From assembly GCA_028284225.1 (NCBI GenBank), contig JANQSD010000022.1, positions 163,777 to 227,776 of the forward strand: a DNA stretch of 64,000 nt. The letters are read 5' to 3'. Positions 53,261 through 60,320 of the stretch are shown piece by piece. The position numbers and the translations under genes are program-made. Position 1 is the first letter of the stretch. Each line of letters starts with the position of its first letter. This DNA comes from Arenicellales bacterium. Its GTDB lineage: Bacteria; Pseudomonadota; Gammaproteobacteria; Arenicellales; JAHEKD01. The notes beneath the pieces are model-generated. The model did no database searches, had not been told where the DNA came from, and was given only the letters and a program-made list of their open reading frames with translations.

Positions 53261-54256
53261 TTACTTTAAAGCATGCATATAAGCTGCAAGTGCTTTGATT
53301 TGTTGCTCTGAGAGTCTGAAAGCAATCGGATTCATCTCTTCGCTAACGCGGCTACCAGATTTGTAAGCCAGTAATTGCTGTTCGAGATATTCAATATGTT
53401 GGCCAGCAACGCGAGGGAAGCGAGTCGGGATACCGTCACCACTTGGGCCATGGCAGCTCATGCATGCGGAAATAGACATTGAAGGTTCACCACCACGATA
53501 AATCTTTTCACCCTGTCTGGCAAGTTCTTGCATATCCTCAGAAATCGCACCAAGTTGGGGTTGCTGCTCTTCATAAAATGCATCAATAGCCATCATGTCT
53601 TCCTCGCTAAGGTTCGCTACCTGGGCAGCCATAATGGCATTATCACGTTCACCTGATTTGAATTTAGCCAGTTGGTTAGCAATAAATCCATGAACCTGCC
53701 CTGCAAGTTTGGGGTTTTGCGGGATTACACTGTTACCATCAGCACCGTGACAGGCTGCGCAAGCCGCAAGTTTTGCTTCAATATCGTTGCTGTCAGCGGC
53801 CATAGCTGTTTCAGTTGTTTCCTCTGCGGCAGCCTCGGTTTCTTCCATTGCCGCATCAGCTTGTTCAGTCATTTCCTCTGCGGCGGCCTCAGTTTCTTCC
53901 ATTGCTGCTTCAGCTTGTTCGGTCATTTCCTCCGCGGCAGCCTCGGTTTCTTCCATTGCTGCTTCAGCTTGTTCGGTCATTTCCTCCGCGGCAGCCTCAG
54001 TTTCTTCCATTGCTGCTTCAGCTTGTTCGGTCATTTCCTCTGCGGCGGCCTCAGTTTCTTCCATTGCTGCTTCAGCCTGTTCAGTCGCTTCCTCTACTGC
54101 AGCAGTTGCTTCTTGTTCGGCATTTTCAGTTGCTGCCTGTGCAGTATCTACGGCCTCAGTGACTTCTTGCTCAACAGCTTGAGCAGTTGTTTCAGTTTGG
54201 GCCATAGCCGGGTGTGCTATTAGCAGCAGCATTAATGCAATTAACCTGGACGACAT
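53261..54256 (-). CDS. Dihaem cytochrome c4-like protein with a long acidic Glu/Ala repeat N-terminal region
   Basis: Signal peptide MSSRLIALMLLLIAHPAMA. About 140 aa of E/A/T/M repeats. Two haem motifs CAACHG and CMSCHG with downstream Met ligand regions. AAGGAG RBS. Confidence 0.8.
   Translation of the reverse strand: MSSRLIALMLLLIAHPAMAQTETTAQAVEQEVTEAVDTAQAATENAEQEATAAVEEATEQAEAAMEETEAAAEEMTEQAEAAMEETEAAAEEMTEQAEAAMEETEAAAEEMTEQAEAAMEETEAAAEEMTEQADAAMEETEAAAEETTETAMAADSNDIEAKLAACAACHGADGNSVIPQNPKLAGQVHGFIANQLAKFKSGERDNAIMAAQVANLSEEDMMAIDAFYEEQQPQLGAISEDMQELARQGEKIYRGGEPSMSISACMSCHGPSGDGIPTRFPRVAGQHIEYLEQQLLAYKSGSRVSEEMNPIAFRLSEQQIKALAAYMHALK
53818..54087. repeat. Tandem repeat, 54-bp unit x 5 (plus a partial sixth), inside the cytochrome gene
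   Basis: Units start at 53818, 53872, 53926, 53980 and 54034 and are nearly identical. They encode the 18-aa unit EQAEAAMEETEAAAEEMT on the minus strand. Confidence 0.85.
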
Positions 54257-54374
54257 CTAAAAACTCCTTCAGTCTTGATTAATGTCAGGTGATCACTATT
54301 ATGTGATCCGTTAAAACTTCACGCTATTTTACTTTAGATTTGGTAGGCTGGTAAGACTATATCAGCATTGTTTT

Positions 54375-54552
54375 AACCTGGAATATGCAATGGGAATTGT
54401 TGTGAGATGAAAAAGTGCAATAAGATCAAGCGCTCCCGCAGGGAATTTGGACGCTGCCATAGCCACCCTATGGTGAGATCAAATTCATGAGGAAGTGCTT
54501 GAGATTGAAGCAGTTTTTTATCGCAATAGATTGCTATTGCATATTCCGGGTT
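54375..54552 (-). mobile_element. C-family MITE-like element (178 bp) with terminal inverted repeats AACCYGGAATATGCAAT
   Basis: Left end AACCTGGAATATGCAATGGGAAT, right end ATTGCATATTCCGGGTT. Roughly 85 percent identical by eye to 57654..57830 in the opposite orientation. Confidence 0.7.
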
Positions 54553-54591
54553 CAAGTGATCAGCTTTGTATGACTGGAAAAATTTAAATAG

Positions 54592-55197
54592 ATGAATAAC
54601 CTGCTGCAAAATTGCAATTACTTATTAAGTGCTTATAAACCTGAGCATTGGCCTGACGATAAAGGCGCAGAAGTTGCTTTTGTCGGACGTTCTAATGTCG
54701 GTAAATCGAGTGCTATTAATCGACTAACAGGACAAAAATCCCTGGCCAGAACCAGTAAAACACCAGGTCGGACCCAACAGATCATCTTTTTTACGCTTGA
54801 TGACAAAATGCGGCTAGTTGATTTACCAGGTTATGGTTATGCCAAAGTACCGCTATCGATCAAAAAACAATGGCAACAACATATTGAGGCCTATTTTAGT
54901 GAACGACTCAGCCTCAAGGGCCTGGTATTACCGGTCGATATCAGACATGACTTGACGCCATTGGATGAGCAAATGCTAGTCTACTGCCAAGATCGGGCCT
55001 TACCTACATTAATTCTACTGACAAAAGCAGATAAGTTGACCCGCAATCATGCCAACCGGGCGCTGTTTAAATTGCAAAAGCAATTAAAACAAGCCGGGTG
55101 GTCAGACTTGGATTATCAATTAGTTTTATTTTCTGCTGTCAGTGGGCAAGGTGAAGAACAGGCTCGTGAGATTGTCTGTCAGTGGCTGGGATTATAG
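54592..55197 (+). CDS. engB: Ribosome-biogenesis GTPase EngB/YihA
   Basis: G1 GRSNVGKSS, G2 region KTPGRTQ, G3 DLPGYG and G4 TKADK. Confidence 0.9.
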   Translation: MNNLLQNCNYLLSAYKPEHWPDDKGAEVAFVGRSNVGKSSAINRLTGQKSLARTSKTPGRTQQIIFFTLDDKMRLVDLPGYGYAKVPLSIKKQWQQHIEAYFSERLSLKGLVLPVDIRHDLTPLDEQMLVYCQDRALPTLILLTKADKLTRNHANRALFKLQKQLKQAGWSDLDYQLVLFSAVSGQGEEQAREIVCQWLGL

Positions 55198-56130
55198 GAT
55201 CAATTCTTCAGGCGTTAATTCGGTCCCATGCTGGATTCGATGGTAGTAAGACAGGTGCGCAGGTGAACCTTCCGGCCATTGCTGTAAGAATGTTTGTTGC
55301 CAGACGGTATTGTCAAAATTAACTTTAACTAAATCGATAAACACATTGCTGTAAGTGAGTTGCCAAATACTGTTAATCCGATTGTGGCATGGGGATTTGG
55401 CAATTCTTATAATCAGGCCATACGACTGGTTTTTAAGGTTTCCCATACCTGCTGAACCATTGTTAATAATGATCTTTGTCTCGCCATCGATCTTTAACGA
55501 CTTGATTGCCGTTAAGCAGGTATGTGTACAGCAAATGACATCGACTTCAGTTTGTGTAAACCAGCTTTTCAATTGGTCTTGGTGAGCAGGCATTTTCATC
55601 ATCTCATAGCTGAGTCCCCAACCCGACAATGACTCAGGATCACCATGCAGAATCAAAATCCGGGTTCCATTTAAGTTTATTCGCATGGTCAGAGGTAAGG
55701 ATTGCAGTTGGGACAAGATATCCGAGTGAGAAGATGCAGTGTGCTTTAGCTGTTTGATAATCTGGTTGGAGCGTGTAACGGTTCCATGATCAACCCAGTC
55801 CGGATAGGCACAGCCACAGCCGTTTATATCATTATGTCGGGTTAATTCTTTCTCAACATTGCCTGCTAGAGCATGGTGCTTGAGAACTTCCTGATTAATA
55901 CGTTTGAATTGTTCGTTTGATTTATTGAACCAGTTGAAATCACCGTTAAAAATAAAGTTTGCACCAGGTTCCAGTTCTTTAAGTTTAATAATTTGATCCA
56001 GCGCTAAACTGTTACCGTACAATCCGCCGACAATGTAGACAGGTTCAGCTATCGCCGTTTGCTCAAGCGTGGCCAGATCACGAGGGCGATAACGATAATC
56101 CACAGGACAACTGCGACCGGGAGAATTCAT
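55192..56130 (-). CDS. Metallophosphoesterase-like protein (calcineurin-like fold, divergent motifs)
   Basis: GDFNWF (GDxxDR-like), GNVE (GNHE-like) and ILHGDPES motifs. Its 3' end overlaps engB convergently by 6 nt. Confidence 0.55.
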   Translation of the reverse strand: MNSPGRSCPVDYRYRPRDLATLEQTAIAEPVYIVGGLYGNSLALDQIIKLKELEPGANFIFNGDFNWFNKSNEQFKRINQEVLKHHALAGNVEKELTRHNDINGCGCAYPDWVDHGTVTRSNQIIKQLKHTASSHSDILSQLQSLPLTMRINLNGTRILILHGDPESLSGWGLSYEMMKMPAHQDQLKSWFTQTEVDVICCTHTCLTAIKSLKIDGETKIIINNGSAGMGNLKNQSYGLIIRIAKSPCHNRINSIWQLTYSNVFIDLVKVNFDNTVWQQTFLQQWPEGSPAHLSYYHRIQHGTELTPEELIL

Positions 56131-56138
56131 GAGTACGT

Positions 56139-57587
56139 CTAGAACAGGTGTTTATTCAAAAACATATGTGCGGCAATACTGGCAGCGTAACCCAATGCTA
56201 TCGCCCAGCTCCATTTAAGATGAGCCACAAATGTATAAATTCCGCGTGCCTGTCCCATGACGGCAACGCCTGCTGCAGAACCAATAGAAAGCATTGAGCC
56301 GCCCACACCGGCGGTCAGGGTTACCAATAGCCATTGACCTAAATTCATGGAGGGGTCCATGGCCAGAACGGCAAACATAACCGGGATATTATCCAGCAAG
56401 GCAGAGACTACACCGACAAGTATGTTGGCGTAGGTTGTACCCAGATCGATATAAAAAATCTCTGAGACTTTAGCCAGATAGCCCAAGGCCCCCAAGCCAC
56501 CCACACAAAGGATAATGCCGTAAAAGAACATCAAGGTGTCCCATTCGGCTCGTTCCAGTGATTTAAAAATGTTGTAATGCATGGTGTGGCGTGCATCGTA
56601 ACCACCTTGATCTGATGTCTCAATCGATAAAGCTGTATCACCCAGGTCATCGTCAGCAGGGTGAGGGAAATAGCGATCACGACGGTTCAAGTAATAGCCG
56701 AACAGCTTCAGCAAGCCCAGGCCTGTCATCATGCCAATGACGGGCGGCAGGTGAAAAAAATTATGAAATGAAACAGCCATGAAAATCGTCACAGCAAATA
56801 AGCCGACTACAAACAAGGCTCCATGTTGTAACTCAACTCTTTCATTCATTGCCTCAGGCTGCTGGTCAGGAATTTTTAAAGACATGATGAAAGCCGGAAT
56901 CACCCAGTTAATAATCGAGGGAATAATGAGCACAAAAAACTGGGTAAACTCAACTTTGCCCTTTTGCCACACCATTAAGGTGGTGATGTCGCCAAAAGGG
57001 CTGAAGGCACCGCCGGCATTGGCAGCAACCACAATATTAATACAACCCATAGCGACAAATGTTTTATATTTGCCACCTACCGCCATAATCACTGTTGCCA
57101 TTAATAATGCTGTAGTGAGATTGTCAGCGATCGGCGAAATGACAAAAGCTAGGGCACCGGTAATCCAGTAGATTGATTTTAGCGAGAATCCTTTGTTTAC
57201 TAGCCAGGCGCGTAATACATCAAATACACCGCGTTCGTCCATGGCGTTGATATACGTCATCGCGGCCAGCAAAAACAAAAACAGTTCACCATACTCGAGT
57301 AAATTATGACGAATGATGGTGCTGGCTGTATGGGTATCACCTACACCGATATAGGCAATCGCAACTAAAACCCAAATCAGACCTGCTGCAACCATAACAG
57401 GTTTTGATTTGCGCAAATGTATTGTTTCTTCGCTGATAACCAGTGCATAGGCGAGCACGAACAATATAATGCAAACAATACCGGTCCAGTGACCGGTGAA
57501 ATCCTGCATCCCTTCGGCGGCAGCAGCCATCACCAGGTTCGGTGCTAACAGTGACAGGACACTAGCAATAATGCTGGTGGTTTTCAT
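56139..57587 (-). CDS. nhaD: NhaD-family Na+/H+ antiporter
   Basis: About 480 aa, polytopic. Conserved segments SPIADNLTTALLM, AANAGGAFSPFGDITTLMVW and LDNIPVMFAVL. The start is ambiguous (57587, 57623 or 57629). Confidence 0.8.
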   Translation of the reverse strand: MKTTSIIASVLSLLAPNLVMAAAAEGMQDFTGHWTGIVCIILFVLAYALVISEETIHLRKSKPVMVAAGLIWVLVAIAYIGVGDTHTASTIIRHNLLEYGELFLFLLAAMTYINAMDERGVFDVLRAWLVNKGFSLKSIYWITGALAFVISPIADNLTTALLMATVIMAVGGKYKTFVAMGCINIVVAANAGGAFSPFGDITTLMVWQKGKVEFTQFFVLIIPSIINWVIPAFIMSLKIPDQQPEAMNERVELQHGALFVVGLFAVTIFMAVSFHNFFHLPPVIGMMTGLGLLKLFGYYLNRRDRYFPHPADDDLGDTALSIETSDQGGYDARHTMHYNIFKSLERAEWDTLMFFYGIILCVGGLGALGYLAKVSEIFYIDLGTTYANILVGVVSALLDNIPVMFAVLAMDPSMNLGQWLLVTLTAGVGGSMLSIGSAAGVAVMGQARGIYTFVAHLKWSWAIALGYAASIAAHMFLNKHLF

Positions 57588-57653
57588 GCAAACTAAAATC
57601 CAATTTTTTTCGTAGTTAAGCATAACCAAGGATTAGCATGATTTGAAGTCCTT

Positions 57654-57830
57654 AACCCGAAATATGCAATAAGAATCTGTTGCGATGAAAAACTACTTCA
57701 ATTTCAAGCACTTCCTCGAAACTTTTCCTCACCATAGGGCGGCTATGGCTACGTCCTAATTCCTTGCGGGAGCGCTTGATCTTATTGTATTTTTTCCTCT
57801 CACGACGATTCCCATTGCATATTCCGGGTT
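57654..57830 (+). mobile_element. C-family MITE-like element (177 bp), second copy, inverted relative to 54375..54552
   Basis: AACCCGAAATATGCAAT...ATTGCATATTCCGGGTT. It sits in the divergent region between the two nhaD paralogs. Confidence 0.7.
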
Positions 57831-57900
57831 TAAATAAAGCTGTTTTTCAAGTATGTTAATAACAATTAAGAAAGTGTCTTGATCATCTTAGGAATTATCG

Positions 57901-59292
57901 TTGAGATATATAAACAGACTAATTGCCATACTTTTATTAGTTAGTGGATCGGTAACTCATGCAGCAAGTGGCGCTGATGTAGTGAGTATGAACCTGACCG
58001 GCGAATGGACCGCATGGATTTGTGTGCTGTTTTTTATCCTGGCTTATTTGCTGGTTTTTGGAGAAGGGCGCCTTAGTTTAAAAAAATCCAAGCCGATGGT
58101 AGTGGCCTCGGGGCTAATCTGGATTTTTGTGGCCGTAAGTTATAACAATAAGGGTGAAACCCATACCGCTGAAGTCTTGTTTCGCCAGTCGTTGGAATTT
58201 TATGTCGAGTTATTTTTGTTTTTACTCGCCTCGACAACATTCTTAAATGCCATGAGTGAACGAGGAGTGTTTTCCAACCTCAGAGGTATGGTGATGTCAC
58301 GCAGCAGCTCGTTAAGAACTGTATATTGGGTTTGCGGCACGTTAACGTTTATCTTCTCAGCTTTATTGGCCAACTTTGCAGTGGCTTTGGTATTAGCCAG
58401 CGTGATTTTGATTTTAGGTAAGGATAACGACAAGTTTATTGTCTGTGGTTGTATCAATCTGGTTGTGGCCGCCAATGCCGGGGGTTGTTTTTCACCGTTT
58501 GGTGATGTTACTACCCTGATGATTTGGCAAAAAGATCTGGTCGAGTTATCAGAATTTTTGCAACTCTTTATACCCTCGTTGGTAAATTGGCTGGTTCCGG
58601 CTGTGATCTTGAGTTTTCTTTTTCAATCCAAGTTAGCCTTTTACGATGGTGATCGCAGCCGGATGTCTACTGGTGCATGGATAGTTACGGGTTTATTTAT
58701 CTTTACTCTAATAAGCTCAATAATTGTTAAGCAGATTTTCCATTTGCCGGCGGTGATCGGTATGATGACAGGTCTGGGTTTGCTTAAACTTTATGGATAT
58801 CATTTAAAGCGTCGGGGTATTACTCATTTGTCCACCCAAACGACTCCAGGTCAAAATGTTAAGTACGATATTTTTCGTTCCCTGGAAAGATCGGAGTGGG
58901 ATACTTTAATGTTCCTGTACGGCATTATCGTGGCTATTAGTGGTTTGGCGGCTTTAGGTTATTTAAACATCGTTTCCGATACAGTCTATGGGCAATTAGG
59001 CGCAACCAATGCAAACATTTTGATGGGTGTGTTTTCAGCGCTGTTTGATAATGCTGCGGTGATGTATAGCGTTATTTTAATGAATCCCGATATGAGTCAT
59101 TGGCATTGGTTATTAATCACCTTGACTGCAGGTGTAGGAGGGTCTTTGTTATCGATTGGTTCAGCGGCCGGTATCGTCATCATGGGGCTTTCCGAGGGTA
59201 AATATACCTTTATTTCACATTTACGTTTAAGTTGGGTGATTGCTTTGGGCTATCTTGCCAGTATCGCAACCCATTATGTATTAAACGCTTGA
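57901..59292 (+). CDS. NhaD-family Na+/H+ antiporter paralog
   Basis: Collinear with 56139..57587 (AANAGGCFSPFGDVTTLMIW, FDNAAVMYSVI, LTAGVGGSLLSIGSAAG). TTG start with AGGA upstream. Confidence 0.75.
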   Translation: MRYINRLIAILLLVSGSVTHAASGADVVSMNLTGEWTAWICVLFFILAYLLVFGEGRLSLKKSKPMVVASGLIWIFVAVSYNNKGETHTAEVLFRQSLEFYVELFLFLLASTTFLNAMSERGVFSNLRGMVMSRSSSLRTVYWVCGTLTFIFSALLANFAVALVLASVILILGKDNDKFIVCGCINLVVAANAGGCFSPFGDVTTLMIWQKDLVELSEFLQLFIPSLVNWLVPAVILSFLFQSKLAFYDGDRSRMSTGAWIVTGLFIFTLISSIIVKQIFHLPAVIGMMTGLGLLKLYGYHLKRRGITHLSTQTTPGQNVKYDIFRSLERSEWDTLMFLYGIIVAISGLAALGYLNIVSDTVYGQLGATNANILMGVFSALFDNAAVMYSVILMNPDMSHWHWLLITLTAGVGGSLLSIGSAAGIVIMGLSEGKYTFISHLRLSWVIALGYLASIATHYVLNA

Positions 59293-59355
59293 TTTTAGAA
59301 AATATTCAGCATTGTGAGTTAAAATCTCCACACAAATATAAATGAGGACATAACA

Positions 59356-59784
59356 ATGCGAATTTTGTTTGGATTAATTTTGATGCTGACTGGGTCTTTG
59401 GCTCTGGCTCAGGGCACGGTAGAAGGACTCTGGAAAACTATTGATGACGAAACAGGTGAAGCCAAGAGTCATGTTCGAATTGAGCAGCGTGACGATATGT
59501 TTTACGGCACGGTAGAGGAAGTACTAAATCCTGAGAAAAAAAATTCAGTTTGCGACAAATGCCCGGGAGATCGCCTGGGTGTACCGATCGAAGGGCTGGA
59601 AATCATTCGTGACATGAAGGCTAAGGGTGATGGTTGGGCAGGTGGGACCATCCTCGACCCGAAAAAAGGTAAAGTTTATAAAGCTAAAATGAGCCTCAAT
59701 GATTCGGCTGATGAGCTGACAGTGCGCGGGTTCATTGGATTTTCGTTAATAGGTCGAAGCCAGACCTGGCAGCGGGTTGAATGA
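59356..59784 (+). CDS. DUF2147 domain-containing periplasmic protein
   Basis: Signal peptide, then GLWKTIDDETGEAKS...CDKCPG...GGTILDPKKGKVYKAKM...GRSQTWQRV. Confidence 0.7.
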   Translation: MRILFGLILMLTGSLALAQGTVEGLWKTIDDETGEAKSHVRIEQRDDMFYGTVEEVLNPEKKNSVCDKCPGDRLGVPIEGLEIIRDMKAKGDGWAGGTILDPKKGKVYKAKMSLNDSADELTVRGFIGFSLIGRSQTWQRVE

Positions 59785-59795
59785 GAACTTAAGTG

Positions 59796-59999
59796 CTAGG
59801 CCGGTTGATCAGGGATTAAATCACTTTCCAGGCGGGCAATCTGGTCTCTAAGTTTTAGTTTTTTTCGCTTTAATGCCTGGATTTGCAATTGATCAACATA
59901 CTTAAACTTGAGCAATTGATTAAGGTTTTCGTCGAGTTCACGATGCTGTTGACGCAGTTCACGGAGCAGCTCTTTCAGGTCATTGTTTTCATCGGCCAT
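59796..59999 (-). CDS. YdcH/DUF465 family small coiled-coil protein
   Basis: LRQQHRELDENL...LKRKKLKLRDQI pattern. Start moved to ATG 59999. Confidence 0.7.
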   Translation of the reverse strand: MADENNDLKELLRELRQQHRELDENLNQLLKFKYVDQLQIQALKRKKLKLRDQIARLESDLIPDQPA

Positions 60000-60068
60000 C
60001 AATCTACTCCGCAAAGTTAACGCGTTTACATGCTAGCATAGGCCGCAAAAACTGTCGATTATCACACT

Positions 60069-60106
60069 CGGATTATGCACTGGGAATCTATTGCATAATC
60101 CGGGTT
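60069..60106. repeat. Internally deleted C-family remnant (fused TIRs)
   Basis: CGGATTATGCACTGGGAATCTATTGCATAATCCGGGTT reads as a left-TIR-like and a right-TIR-like segment joined directly. Confidence 0.5.
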
Positions 60107-60128
60107 TAACAATTATGTGAGATTAGTC

Positions 60129-60311
60129 ATGGAAACTTGGGAACAATTATTAGTCGGATTAATCGCCATTTTAGTATTGGTGTTTTTCCTGCCGGGTGTG
60201 AAGGCGACATTGGAACGGTCAAAACAGGCTGAAAAAGATTGGCCCGGCCTGCTGATACCGATGGCTTTTGTCGTTGGCTTGATCATTTTTGTAATTATGC
60301 TTTTGAGATAG
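60129..60311 (+). CDS. Small two-TM membrane protein upstream of pepN (hypothetical)
   Basis: METWEQLLVGLIAILVLVFFLPG...GLLIPMAFVVGLIIFVIMLL. Two clear hydrophobic helices and a tight 9-nt gap to pepN. Confidence 0.4.
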   Translation: METWEQLLVGLIAILVLVFFLPGVKATLERSKQAEKDWPGLLIPMAFVVGLIIFVIMLLR

Positions 60312-60320
60312 AGAATAACA

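Noticed and set aside
53672-54223. Three long plus-strand ORFs (183, 131 and 115 aa) of Ser/Ala/Cys/Phe/Leu/Pro-rich repeats.
   Set aside because: They are antisense shadows of the 54-bp tandem repeat in the cytochrome c4 gene. They have no RBS and purely repeat-derived low-complexity sequence. The minus-strand frame carries a signal peptide and two CxxCH haem motifs.
54373-54609. 78-aa minus-strand ORF upstream of engB.
   Set aside because: It lies almost entirely within the C-family MITE, whose second copy lacks an equivalent intact ORF. It has no RBS.
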